Positions 27,721 through 41,985 of a DNA stretch of 64,000 bases are shown here, in pieces (the stretch's first letter is position 1; each line of letters starts with the position of its first letter). The stretch covers positions 124,001 to 188,000 of the forward strand of contig JAQGDQ010000227.1 in NCBI GenBank assembly GCA_030141605.1, read 5' to 3'. The notes under the pieces are model-generated. The model saw only the letters and a program-made list of their open reading frames with translations. It made no database searches and was not told where the DNA came from. The translations under genes and the position numbers were made by a program. The DNA comes from Tubiluchus corallicola (Eukaryota > Animalia > Priapulida).

Positions 27721-30700
27721 AGCGCATTAACGCTATGTAATAAATTACTGGCACAGGTATTAACTATAGGTGAGAATAACATGAGCACGTTCCAGCCTCC
27801 CAAAAAGTTGAAAATGGATAGTAAAATATTATTAAGGAAAAGAAACATAGTAATGCTTTGACTTGGTCATGTACAAAAAAATAAGGTCAGCTCAGCTACT
27901 AGCGCTGAAATAATGCAGGTTATGGTTGCGATTTGTCATATGTAAAACAGTCGTATTGAAAATCAAATTTTTATCAAATGTATTTATGAGCTTTGTTATA
28001 TGCAGATGACAATACGTTTCCGATGATAGAGTCTGTTCATGGGTAGGGTTGACAACTCTGGACTATGATATCGTATGAAGATATAATTATGAAACGTAGA
28101 ACAAAGATAAGTCTGAGCAAAACATGGAATAAATGCCCATTGTTGATTGCTTCAAAAGACCAAAGATTACGATTTCATGGTCAAAGTAAATTTTTGCCTA
28201 TTATTCACATTCATGTGAATTTGTGAATCTCCTCAGCATTATTAATGAAAGGTATTAAGCAGTGCTTAGCAGGCATGTAGAACGAGCTATGCATTACTGC
28301 ATAAATGATTTACTTTGAACCCGTTTATCAGACTGCATTAGTTTTCTGTAGCTATTCCTGAATTTTATGAATAATCTATAATAATTCGTAATTTCAGCCA
28401 ATGCATCACATTAAATTGAATTATGGGTTGAAATTTTTGTATTTTATTACACAACACAAAAGGCAACTAGCAATGAATCTGACAAAAAATCAGCTTAGAA
28501 GTTTAAATTTAATGGCTTTAATTGGTAGTGGGTATAAATGGCACCCGCCAGTGGGTGAAACTTCTTAATGGCAGGTACATTTTTCGCATTTGTATGACTA
28601 CAAAAATGAAATACTATGCTGCTGTTGACAATTTATGTATCTATTTAAATAGATGTAAATTTACGTATCTATGTTTATCCAGAAGTTCTTCAGCCAATTG
28701 ACATTACCAGTTACAGTGTGTTATGTAACGTTCTGTAGCCACTGACATAGTCGTTCAGTACAGCTTGTGTTGTATTTTTGGTATAACACTTTTCCATGTC
28801 CATATCAAAAGTACATACGATACAGAGCATATGAAATCGAGAAGCTATTATTGATATTGCATGCGGCCCGGTGATAATGTGAACTTGAGTATTGATGTCC
28901 TATTACTACCATCAGAACATTCATTGGGGCATATCATTTGTCGTGGTTTTGCAGGTAGAATAATTCTTGTCTATACTGTGTATAAATGCTAAACTGACGG
29001 TTAATATTAAATAACCTGTAACTGAAACAGTTAACAAAACTTACCTACTGCCTGCCAGCTGCCGCGTCTGGTCTAATGTGCACCTGTAATTACAGATGAC
29101 ACTGCAAGCGACCAGGGTCAACAAAATTCGTTGCGCATGATTAGAAACTCCTATGAATTTCTCTATCTTAGTAATCATATAACTTTTTGTCAGGTGTGTC
29201 CTTTTAAAAGAAAAGAAAAAAAAAACTGAAACCCTATTTGGCAGTTTTTTAGCGATGCTTTCACAAGAATTTAAAAGCCGTGTCATGTTACAGTTTAAAA
29301 TAGGAAGAAAACAAGTGCAATTTTAAAGTATAAAAAAATCCACACAAAGTTATAATTATTACTTAGCACATACGTTTTATACTTACTTGCTGAAAAACTG
29401 AAAGAAATTCTGGTAAATGTCACTGACGTACCTTCCCAGTGTGCATCATTGATTCATTAAAAGCACATTATTGTTATCTTGTTGACCATATAAAGTAATA
29501 TAAACTTTTGTTTAGCTAGAAAAGAATGCGCTACAAATGCTTAATCATTTTTTAAACACTCTGCAATATTATCTAAAGTTGTTTCAAACGACATACCATT
29601 TAAATGGCTGAGTTAAGATGCTTTATACAGCAGTACTGCTAATACAGGCTCTGTGCGCAATCATGATAAGGCAGTATGCTGATGATGCAAAATTTCAAGA
29701 CGAATTTTTAAAGCTTTATTTACGAAGAGTGTTTGTTGAAGCTATGACGATTATACATCATGCAGTTTTTGGTTTTCTAAGTCGGCTGAGAGAATCCAGT
29801 AACCTGTTTATATAAATATTATAGCCAGTTTTGAACTCGGGCAAAGATGTCCACTTTAAGCACCGATTTCAGGTAAATTTTTGACTGCTGTTTAAAATTC
29901 GACAACTATTTTTTAAAAACTGAGTAAGATGTGTGGTTTCACCGGTTTGTGCCAATCTGCATTCGCATGACCAGTTCGTGCAGAATACTTATTTTACCGA
30001 AGCGTCATTATTGTTAACTGTCGCTACGAGCTTACGATCACGTGGTTTTCCCGCCATTTTGCGCGCTATTAAGTGTCTGCTTGCTGTTTGTTGGGTTCCG
30101 CTTTTTAAAACTTACTTAATTTAGTAGACTATTTACTGTGTTAAAAGCTGGCATGACGAAAAATACCTGCATGTGATTTTTCTTGCTTGTCAGTTTGTGT
30201 GCTATACAGTTCTTGGGGTCTCAGCGCTAATCGACTTGAAGGTACTACGGAAGACCAGTGCCGACTGGTAGGTACTACGGAAAGATTTTTAGAGTAAATT
30301 TGTTATAATTTTAAAGTGCTAGTGTGCTACACCTGTTGCTTACATATTGGTTTGTACTACGTTGACCGACGCGGATACCAATTTTATTTATCTTATTCAT
30401 TTTATTCAACGCTTTGGCCCAGAACAACAGCTTCTGATCATCTTTAAAATTGCACTTGGTGGTCGTAATAACAACTGATTTACTCGCCTTACTGTGCCAT
30501 ACAGTTGCTTTAGTTTCAGATATGGCACTGCATTTTGGGCATCCATATCTCGCTTGTTGTTGTTGTTGCCAAGTACATGTACAGCTCTACACTGTACACA
30601 TCTGCGTCCTGGTAGTGGTATGCCAAAGGTGGCTAGCTAAGATAAGCAGGTCAGCAGCAACAGTATATTTGATATTGTTATGGTCCTTCTGATAACTGTG

Positions 30701-33700
30701 AGAGACTTTCAAAATTTTAACTGTTGCTAAACTAAATCATTATGATTTTTAAATTAATGCAGCAAAATATATTATGTTATGGCAAATCTCAACTGTTGCA
30801 CGCATGTACGCAAATATCGCATTATTCATCTACATGTTGTAACCCAATTTGTGAATTCTCCACATCAAAAACTGGCTGTCATTGTTAATTCTTTGTATGT
30901 GGCAGTTTCATTTGCCTAATCATAACAGTTCTGGTCTGTCACAGCACACGCTTCTTACAATGTAATACTTTTAGTTTTAGTCCAATATCTCAAAATGCTC
31001 AAGGCTGACAAAGGGCCTTTAATATTATTGAGAGAAACTGCCAGAATATGAGAAAACTGCTGAGAAAAACGCACCTATGATGAAAAAAAATGTGTTCTGG
31101 CTGCCGGACTACGTGAACTGCTACCGTTCTTGAAATTAAGATTAAAACAGCTTAAACTATTAATTATATATGATACTTATTCAGGCTCTAACTTAATCAG
31201 ATAAGTCTAGTGGGATTATGTAAACTAACAGTACTTATGAAATGTTGAGCTTTAAGGCCTGTCATGATCAAAATGGACTGTGTAGTTTGAAGCATTCGAC
31301 TTAGGAAATCAAAGACCTTTGCTTTTCAAATCTAGGCTCATTCCTGACTTTCCACGTGTCTGGTTTCAAATTTTCAGTAATTGTGTGCTTATCCTGTTGT
31401 TGTGAACTAGTTACTATAATGAAACCATACAGGGCATGCATACTTCCAGTGAAAGGTCACACGTGCTTAGGATTATTTAGAATGGTCAAAAATGTTTTTT
31501 TCCCACAATTGACATTGTCGTACTTTCACTGCAATCCCTAAAGGGAGTGTGACTGGAACTGTGTGATTAAGCAACATTGTTGTTTTTGTTTGAAATCATC
31601 AGTGGTAGATGGTACATCCTTTTATAAGTAACATAATATTGTGTTCTCCCCTTGTAATACAGCTCTGATTTAGTTTATGAATAGCATGTGGCCTAGATGA
31701 TGATAACAACAGTATATATATATAAGAAGTATATGATGGTGGTGACAACGTGTAGCCGTTTATCACGCCTGCATTATTGCGTCACGGCGTATGTGACCCT
31801 ACTTATGAGTAAAAACTATTCTTTTCCCTGTAGTATTTTTGCTAGGGTTTGCGGAGTAACACACGTTTTATTTGGCAACGAATTGTTACAGCACATACAT
31901 TCACCCACGGAATACTTTCGCATTCCGTTTTGCGTTTGTTAAAACCTGTTGCGTGGTTTATTCCGTAGGGTGTGTACATACTAATATGTTGCAGGTATTT
32001 ATATGCACCTGGACACGCAAAAACGCAATAAACGCGTCTACCGTCTGGTAAACACGGCCGTATCCTCTTTCAAGCCCTAGATGGCGCTACACAGTTAAAA
32101 TGCAGTGAACTTTTCGCTTGGCTTGTTTGATTGTATTTGTTTACTTATAGTTGTATAAACCTAAAAGAAAATATCTAGGCGTTAGGTGCATTAGTTGTTT
32201 GTAGGTGTACATCTTAAATTTTTTTCTTTAATTATTTTTTACCATTTTTTAACTGGAAAATACCAGTGTTTATACTACAGTTCTCTAGCTATTTACTTTC
32301 TCTACAGTTGTATCCAGCGGTGCTTGCAAAACTGGCTAACAGGTGGAGGCACGGGATTGACGCTTGTGTAGCTTGAGCTCTTAGCAAATTTATCTTGGTA
32401 TAACATTGTAGTTATTATTGATATTATTATTTTTATTAGGCAGTAGTATACTCTAAATTAGAAAGTCAGTTAAATAATTATCATTAATTCAAGAATTTTT
32501 ATTTGGAAACTAAATAAGCAACAATTGTTGTGGTTTGTAAAAAAAACAGAAATGTCTCAGCTTGGCAACTTACTGACATTTAAAGTTTTGGACTGCTTTT
32601 ACTCCACCGCTTATATTCACACAATAACTTTGCGTTTTTACTGTTTTAAATTGTCAACTTTTTTCTGAATAAGATTTTTTTTTTTTTTAAAAGTTGTTTC
32701 AAAGTGATTAACCATATTTAAGGACTTGCTGAAAATGACAAAAAGTAGATACCCATTTGCAAATATTCAAAAAAAGTGCTGATTTCAATAAATATTTCAT
32801 GTCACTGTGGCAAAAGTGCTTTTGCGAATTTTAAATTTATCCCTTCATGTCAGAAACGAAACCAAAAAATTGAATTTTATTTAAAAGTGGCAATTAAAAC
32901 GTCCGAATTTCTAACAGCTTTACAAACAGTACATACGTATTACTATTTTTATATTTTTTTATGAAATTGTTAGTCCATGAAGTATAAATGTAAAAGGGCA
33001 GCCCAGAGGAAAGATACATAGAAAAATGAATTGCGTTCACCATAGACGCCAGGTTACTCAGGCTAAGCTCACTGCATAGTTTGTAATATATGCTCCACGT
33101 GATCTGTTATAAAGTCACAGAAAAAAATCACAATTTTGGTTAGGAAAAAAATCACAGGAAAAAGTCACAATTAATTTTACCCGAGGTTTGGGATAGGGAT
33201 AGGGGTTGAAGTTAGGGTATTTGTCTTTTTCTCCTGCCTTTTTTCTCGTGACTTTCTACTTGGATTCGCGCTGTGTAACTTTTGGTTGAAACTTACAGAT
33301 GTAATCTGTTGTGTAAGAAGATAAAATACTGATGATTATTATTACTATACTTATTATTATTATACTGATAATTTACTAAATTGGCGATCATAGTACATAA
33401 AATCCAGTCCATGTCATAACAGTTATAAGCGGCAACGTGCATATGCACCGAAAGCTCAAAACATTCAGAAAACTTTTGTTGGTTATTTATCAGCCTCCAA
33501 CCGCCTCAGCGCGACTTATTAAACGAGCGTCAGAATTTTATTTCTTGAGCCGGCCAAAGCTTTAATAGTACTGCACGGTCGGGGTGGCAATCAGTCAGCT
33601 AAAAAATCAATTAAATCAATATCGTTTTAGTTGTGTCCAGTAAAGTTTCTAAGACACACGCATTTAGCATGTATAAACGTACAGTAATGCTGACATGCTA

Positions 33701-33903
33701 AACGTACAACGTTCCGTGTAGGTGCAGGGTTCTATCCGCGTTTAACTACTTTTCATTAAAATCTCATATTTTAGTACAAAATGCAACCCGGGGTGGCTTT
33801 GTTCGTGGCCGTAAAACTTAATGAAACTCAATAAATTCACTTTGCTCCCATAGTGAAAATGCCGCTTCTATTTTTCAATAAGCCCTGAATATTACCTAAT
33901 GGC

Positions 33904-34031
33904 TGACAGTAAATTTAATCTCGCTAAAATCCAGGAAATTTTTCATTGGCTAATGCAAATGAACTCGCGGCTAGACGCGCCCCCGATTGGCTAATGCAAA
34001 TGAGGGTGTAGAATGGGCGGGATTTCATTGG
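33904..34031 (+). promoter_or_regulatory. Promoter-like module: TGACA-AT element, three ATTGG (CCAAT) boxes, two octamers, GC box
   Basis: ATTGGCTAATGCAAATGA at 33945 and 33986, GGGCGGG at 34015, ATTGG at 34027; followed by AAAAATG|GTAAGT at 34121-34129. Confidence 0.7.
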
Positions 34032-34532
34032 ATGTAGTATTGACCCTTTGACTTTAAACTTAATATTGTACAGAGGAAAGCTATGTCGTGTATGCGAACG
34101 AGTTAAAGCTTTTTTAAAAAATGGTAAGTGGGACGCCCTGCCTCAGCTTCTCTGCGGTTAAGCAAAGAAATGCTGAATATCTGAAGGAGTTGTTTATAGG
34201 ACTTCCACTATTATACCCCTGCACGTGTTGCTTCAAATCACTGTAGCTGTCGCCTTTTTGTATGTTCAAAAAACCGCTTTAAAAATAAATTACTACGAGA
34301 ACAGGCGGTTTGGGAATCGTAAATATACGCCGTGCCTGGATAAAATAAAATAAAAAAAAATCCGCAAATACTTTTGCCCAGGCTTAGCATGGCAGACTGT
34401 CTGGATCCTTATTCAAATGTTTAAAATATTTTAAGAAACCGCTTGTATTTTACGCTTGAAGTGTAGTAATTTTTAGGATGAAGATATAATAAAACTTGTG
34501 AAGTAGTCGCTTGCCTGTGTGTATTTGTGTGT

Positions 34533-34575
34533 GTCAGTCAGTCAGGTAGTCAGTCAGTCAGTCAGTCAGTCAGTC
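34533..34575. repeat. (CAGT)n microsatellite
   Basis: Direct reading. Confidence 0.85.
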
Positions 34576-36184
34576 TGTCTGAGGACAGTCTGTAGTTCGT
34601 GTGTTGAGGTAAAAGTAATTTTTTTTCAGTTAAGCTAGGCGTGATTTCTCTCTACAATAGTTCGATCTTGAGATCGTTCCCTCAAGAATCGATCAGTAAT
34701 TAATATCAGAAGTTATCATATGAAAATGGTGGAAAGGTAGACAAGTATGTCACCTAGGAAACCATGTCGAGGCTTTACCTTGCAAACATCATTTCATCTT
34801 CATGGTCAACCGTTAATGGTCAATTTTCACTGGTCAGAACATTGCAGCATGTAGGAGGGCACGCACGGTTGTCTTGAAACACGTTTGTATTTCAAACACG
34901 TATAGGAAATAAAGTGCTGCTTAGACCACCGGTCACTTACTAGTCACTACATATGCTTCTCTACTTGCCGAGAACTTTCGTTTCTTGACTTAAGTTAAAT
35001 TATTACATTTATTAGATAATTTATTAGGAGATAGACAATAAGGTTTATTGTTGAAATTGTGGGTACAAGTCTGTCTCTCGTTAAATCACATATCTGTCAC
35101 ACCATGGACTAATTGGGATGACGACCTATGCGCATTTGTTAATGAGCGCCCAAATTTTCGCTATTGTAGTTTCTGGGCAAGAGCGACACGTCGTTTGTGA
35201 CCATATTTGTGAAACGGATATTTCTGAAGCCGTGAATTACTGTCTTGTTTTAATTAAGGCGTCAGATACGTAAATAAAGTTTGACTTCTTTTTGGATAGG
35301 CCTATATTTGCAAGTTAAATTGACAAACACAATTGCGCTGTTTTTGTATGACCTTTGTATAGTGTGAAATGTCTCAGGACTTCAACACAAATCAATCGTG
35401 AACCTGATATATCTACCGCTACTACTCTAATCTTGTCTATTTCCTCCCTTTCTGGTTGATACCAGAGCCTATTTGATATACGATGTGTGCTAGCCATAGT
35501 TAAAGTAATTAATTTGTTTGCTCTTTACATAAAAAGCAATTATGTAGTAGGTTGATAGTCGTAAATTAAAAGAACAGTCGCCAAAAGACTGGACAGCCGT
35601 GTGTTCTATCGATGCGTTTCTTATGTATAAGCTATTGTAAGTTACCAATGAAATATCATCACAGTCAACGTAATTTTGTTGTAGCTACGCAAATTTGCTT
35701 TAGCCTATAGTACTTTTGTACAGTTTTGGCCAGATGGGGCGTGATGAAAATGTTTTAGATGAAAAATGCATTTCCGTGCATGCAATGTTTCGAACATTTG
35801 AATAAACATTAGTCTTTGTTTGGTTAGTTCAGTGTAACACGAAGTTCTTGTTGATATCATACTTTGAGAGTTTCACTTTTGCGTATTGTGAACACAATGG
35901 GATATTTTCCTACTGTGAAGAGGGGGGGGAGTGCAACTTATAGTGGGTTAATTATTTAAAGGAGGGCAAACGCCTACGTATTACACGTAGCTGTGGCTAT
36001 AATTTTGTTTCGACTCTGCCGTCTTGGGAATGCATACAGGTGAAAAATAATAGATTTGCAAATTGGACGAAAATCTCTGTATTAGTTTTTGCTTAGGTGT
36101 TTTCTGAAGATGGTTTGAGAATAAAGGGTCGTTTACGTTTGTCCTTGTTTGGACGGGGACGGTTGCTTCTCGCATTGGCTAGGA

Positions 36185-36345
36185 GATCTAGATGGTCGAG
36201 TGTCCTAGCTTAATTCGTCTGCCCTCGATACGACAGGCATTGGGTTCGATACTAGTCTTGGTAGGTTCTCGAAGCATAAGTCACACTAGTTGGTCTAAGA
36301 AAAGGCGTGTCCAGGGACTGACGGAACAACTTACGTTTATGATGG
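36185..36345 (+). mobile_element. Degenerate tRNA-derived SINE-like sequence
   Basis: A-box-like TGGTCGAGTG and B-box GGTTCGATAC. Confidence 0.4.
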
Positions 36346-36664
36346 GTTAATGAATTCATAAATTTGTAGGTTCATGCATTAATGTTTGTGTAAAAACAGT
36401 TCGCATCTCTGCGTGATATATTGGACTTGGATATAGAACAGACTGGATAAAAGATTCTTTAAAAAACCCAGTAAGACAGTCGTGCTTTCTTGTGAGCTAA
36501 TGTCGCCTCCTTAACTTTTTGTGGTGGAAAAGATTAAGCCCAATAATAGATCTGAGTGCAAGCTGTCCTGCGTTAACTCACTCTTAATTAGTTGCCCTAT
36601 AGAAAGTCTGATTTAAAGCTTGGTAATAAGTGAACTGCATTTATTTAAAGTCAAACGGTTCTGT

Positions 36665-36755
36665 CAGTCTAATGTTTAAACTATCAATCTTATACGATTG
36701 TTCACAAACAGTCTAATGTTTAAACTATCAATCTTATACGAATGTTCATAAACAG
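36665..36755. repeat. 44-bp tandem duplication
   Basis: CAGTCTAATGTTTAAACTATCAATCTTATACGA... twice. Confidence 0.85.
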
Positions 36756-38744
36756 AAACAGGTAAGTATTAATTACCTGTGGAAAAATGATCGAACTGTG
36801 ATTAAGCTGCCAATGTAGCGGTTTGAGCACAATGCAAATTTATAGGCTAAATGCGTGATAATTTCTCGCTGTTTTGCAAGTGTGTGAAGGTACGCGGGGC
36901 TTTCATGTATTTTATGAAAAGCCAAGTTCCTGCACAACAATTTAATTACGTTAAACATTCGCAAGATTTATTACAGATGCCGATTTTTTTCCGACTTCTC
37001 TAATTAGCCCGGCGAGTGCGTTTCGGTCGTTACCCCTTTTCAGTTGCTATAAAAGCTTGCACCTCTTCTGTTAGGGGTGCTCATTTGCATAGGAGCGACC
37101 TTGGCTTTTTGTTCTACCCTCTACCCGCTTTGCATTGAACTCAAACACATGTGCACCTATATATCTTATTTTTTGCATTTTAATCAGGCAGCCCAAGCCG
37201 CAGCTGCCTCATTAAATTTAATCTGCTCAAATTTGGCTGCAAAATTTTCCCATTGGCAAGACGCCCAGGACACATTCTGTTTATTGTTGCGCAAGAGGTT
37301 TGTGTATTCTTGCTGGACACACCTGCTCCGGGAGCCGATGTTGGTGAAAATTCTGGCGACCGTGACTACTCTATCTGATTCTGGATTAATTCTTGTGGTC
37401 TTTGGTTGGGGTCGCTTACTTCTGTACGAGTCACCGTTGTTGTCATTGTCCTGTTAGGCAGTTATTATAAAGGAATTGTTGGATCTCCATAATTCGGTCA
37501 CCAAAACGTTGTTGAAAGGCAAAAATACGCAGTTTACGCCCGTTTACCGATTATAAGTTCAAAGCTAGCAGAACTACACGTGAGAGATCTCAGACCAGCT
37601 CTGCTATATTGAGTCACAAGGTTCTGGGTTCAATACCTAATTTTTTTAGCGCTTCCTTCTTCAGTTGCTCAGCTGTGTGGTTTTTTATTGTAAGCTTTAT
37701 GTTTTTCTCAATGCGTGTGTTTTCTGTATCTTCTGTATATCTTATGTATAATATTTTCTGATTACGTATTTGTGTTTGGATTTAACACAACCCAGAGTGT
37801 CTGAATTTCGATTTTGTCTGAATTAAGGCTGCTAACGCTGCGATTTGGGGATCTGTTACAAACTTACATTTTCATACCACAATTTTCGGGAGGGGGGGGA
37901 ACCTGTTGATCGTAATTCTCATTGCGTGTGAATTAGACTTTCCTCTCCACTTTTCACATTAAAATCAATCAGTTTTGAGATTGAGAAGACTGAGAAAACG
38001 AAAAGAAGACCCCCAAATTTTTAAAACCAAGTGCTCTGTATAAAAATTGTGTATTTTTTTCCTGGTAGCGATTAAAACCATGTAACATTCATAGGATGTA
38101 CCAAAAATTCTATTCAGTATGTATTGCGGATTTCCAGTTGTTGTTTTCTAAGGTAAAACACGCGGTGGAGAAAGATAGATGAGTAGAAAGATCTGGAGGT
38201 AATTAACTATGTAAAAGTAATTGTTTATAAAACGCTTTCTAAACTATGCAATCGTGGGCTGAAATTGAGATTAAAAATGAGAGTGCAATGCACGTATGAC
38301 TGATGTTTTTGAATCAAGCACAATTGTAGTACTTGTAATGCATCATAATCTAGGGTATTACGTCACTCTAATTGAACTGTATATGTAGCTGACATATGAA
38401 TTGTTTTAGGTGCACTTATGTTTGAGCAGCCGCCTTGCTGGGAGATTCTCCTTAACTTAGCTTTTTCCCTGTTAAGGTTAAGCATCACAGGATGTCGACT
38501 GCTGTGTGCCAAAGTGTATCTTCTTCCGTAACAGCAGGACAAATGTGATCCTTTTAAAAAGATCTTTAAATCATTGAGGGATGAGTATGGTTGTGTTCAG
38601 CATCCAAATTGCATGTTTCTCTACAGTTGCCTAATGGTCAGTGTATGCTGAACTGCTAAGGGTATTTATTATTATTTTTTAATTGGTATATCAATTAATT
38701 GAATATAAACTGGTATTTTAATAAGCCTTTTCATAGTTCCAGCG

Positions 38745-39065
38745 ATTGATGGTGATCGTGAAAAGGTCAAAGATTAAGTGTACCAGACAACGCATTTGTG
38801 TGCACTTGACAACGCCTCGCAGAGCATGGTATTGTAATAGTAACAGTTTTAACATCTAACTCTAACCTTACCTAGCTCATTTTTTCTTGTTCCTAAGCAA
38901 GTTCCCGCTAGTAAATCATTCTATGCATAGACTAATGCATAATTAAGTAAAGTCTACGTAAAACAATCGAATTTGTTGAACTGATGCAGCAGGCAATTTT
39001 GCTTTACCCACATGTCACGTGATGGTTGTAGTTAAGACACATTGCCATGATATACTTAACGTTTA
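38745..39065 (-). mobile_element. MITE family C copy
   Basis: Reverse complement of 19766-20075. Confidence 0.7.
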
Positions 39066-41454
39066 ACCTACAGCAACTGTGCGTGCGCACAGCGAAACTG
39101 TGAAAAAGCTTATTTAACATAGCCAGTGGTTCTTAATTAATGCAAAATTAAAAGTGAGCAGAAGCGGCCATCATGCAGCTGATTTGTTCTTTGTTTGTGA
39201 TCAAAATGTCAAATGTTCCCTTTACCATGTGGCTCTTACACCCACTGGGGTCATTAGACTTTCCTGGGTATTTCAATAGTTATTAGTGGGTGGGGAGGCA
39301 GGGCAATGATGAGCCAGGTGATATCATCTGTATACACACTCATTACTAAACAGTTTGACATTAATGAATGATCTCTTGTCAATGAACTGTATTTTATTGA
39401 TAAATGAACTTTTAGTGTTGTTTTTAGGATGTGAATTTCTTTGTCAAGCAGCTGTCACAGAATTGGCTAATTAAACGCTGACCAAACCAGTGGGAGCCAC
39501 GACCAGACCAGGCGAGATAAAGAAGAGAATTTGGTGCTCTGACACACACTGGCAGTTGCTATTTTAAGAATTAGTAATTTTATAAAGCTCTTTACGTCTT
39601 TTATGTGCAGTTTTTTTATGTTTTTCGTAATAAATTTTTCCACTACTTATAGGGTTTCCATCTCCAGCCTGAAAATCAACACGAAGCACTAATTTCGTTT
39701 GAATGTTTATCTGTTCTTCATGTGCACTTTGGAAGGACTGGTCGCCCATCCAGAAATCAGCCGAATAATCTGTGGCTGATTAGTGAGCACTGGTTAACTG
39801 TCATTGGTATACTTTCTTACTCTTCTTGTGTGATAGTAGTTTCCTTGCATTGAAGTGCAACTGTACAGAAATAATGGGCTGTTGCATGCAGCAAAGTCTG
39901 TTGCACCTACTTCTGACACTTTGCTGCCTGATTCTGAAGAATTATTCTCGGTAATAAGCTATGTTGCAGTCCTGCCACCAGCATTCAGCATTAGTAGGAT
40001 GCATTGAACACTTTTTAATGACTTGGTGTGCCAACTCTATAAAATTTTATTTTTAATATATTAAGTTAAAGTTCTTGCCTCGATTTCAATATTCATTTTA
40101 TCGCATGTCCTATATGTTGATTTTTTGATCTAAGAAGTGTGTAAAATCATACTAACAAAGCAAAAGTGAACTGACAAAAAACAAATTTAATCAGATTTTT
40201 TTCTAAAATTCTAAACATGTCTTTAATTTTTTTTGATATTCTTATTTGTCACTTGATTTAAAGCAGTTATGCATCTATGAAGTGTGTAAGTTTGATTTTT
40301 TCTTTCATATTTCTTTAGGAAACTGTTAAAGAAGATATGTCAGTAGACGTTCCTCAGAAACTAGGTCTGCTTCTGCTGCTAGCCAAACTTGTGGATAATT
40401 CGTGGTATCTACACAAATCAATGTTACTTAAATATGAAGTATTTTTAGTAAGAATGCAAAAGAAGTTTTTATAATGACATTAAGTTCGTAAGTATGTTTT
40501 TGAATAGATAACATTTTCTAGCTCTCGGGATTATAAGTGCTTGTTGTGTGTTACGGGCTGGCAGATGATGCAAAATGTCAGTATTGTAAGTATATGTTGT
40601 GTGTTACTGCATGCCAAAGAATTCAAGCTGCACATTGTCACTTGAACTAATTTAATTAATTTTTGTTAAAGTTTATTTTAGTGTGCCATGAAAGGATACC
40701 ATGTGGTGTGTTACAGATCCCAAGGACTTGTTGTGCAATGGGTGTATAGTTTTGATACAGTAGTCATACATACATTTCACTTGCACAACTTAACTACACA
40801 CTTTAGTTAATACCATTATCAATTTACTTTTAGAAAGTAGTCTAATAGAATTCACACTTGTCAGCTAAGTATTTTTATCACTGGTCATTGTCATCATCTT
40901 TGCTATCAAATTCATACAAACAATGTTGTCATCATTATCATTGTCACCGTCACCACCGTCAACATCATCATTTCAATAATGCATTTTTCGTACTTTCTAG
41001 GCTTCTGCAGTTTTAAGAAGTGAAAATGGAGCAAACTTGACCTGGAAAGTATAGTGTTTGGAAAGCCACTTCAGTTTCAACATGGCTGTCCTGGTTATCA
41101 ACATGTTTCAGGTTTGTTTTTATTTTAACGATAATTAATGAGTCACTAAAACAGCTCACTTTCTGCTTGTCTTACATCTAATTCAACTCTAGCATTACTG
41201 AAAATGTTTTTAATACTTCTGTTTATTACTTGAATTACTGATAATAGTGGTAAACTTTTCCCATAAAAATGTTTTGATAAATAAAATGATGAATGATTGT
41301 GTTGAAGATTACTAATTGACTATGACAACAACATTGATGACAATGACCAAAATCAAGACTTACTAATGAGGATGATTGCTGATGATAGCGCTGATGATAG
41401 CAATGATGCCAATTTTGACAAAGGTGGAGAGTTGATGTTGAGGGTATTTGTAGT

Positions 41455-41633
41455 GATAATGGTTATGATGATGATGATGATGATGATGATGACGACGACG
41501 ACGATGATGATGATGATGGTGATGACGATGATGATGGTGATGATGATTACAGTGACGATGATGATGATGGTGATGATGACGACAGTGATGATGGTGATGA
41601 TGATTACAGTGACGATGATGATGGTGGTGGTGG

Positions 41634-41665
<32 letters not shown>

Positions 41666-41985
41666 GTGATTGTGGTGGTGGTAGTGGTGGTGGTGTTGGT
41701 GTTGGTGGCATTGGTGATGATGATTATGATGGTGATTGTGGTGGTGGTAGTGGTGGTGGTGTTGGTGTTGGTGTTGGTGGCATTGGTGATGATGATGATG
41801 ATGGTGATTGTGGTGGTGGTAGTGGTGGTGGTGTTGGTGTTGGTGGCATTGGTGATGATGATTATGATGATGATGGTGATTGTGGTGGTGGTAATGGTGG
41901 TGGTGTTGGTGTTGGTGGCATTGGTGATGATGATGATGATGATGATGGTGATGATGATAATGATCAATAATGATAATAACGATAC
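41455..41985. repeat. Compound (GAT)n/(GGT)n trinucleotide repeat with internal block duplications
   Basis: Direct reading; explains low-complexity ORFs 41353..42000 and 41366..42184. Confidence 0.95.

Noticed and set aside
27651-27740. + strand ATG ORF MASTRSSVRIIRSF... resembling a transit peptide
   Set aside because: Stops after 29 codons, before any donor; better explained as the YY1 motif of the CK2 alpha promoter
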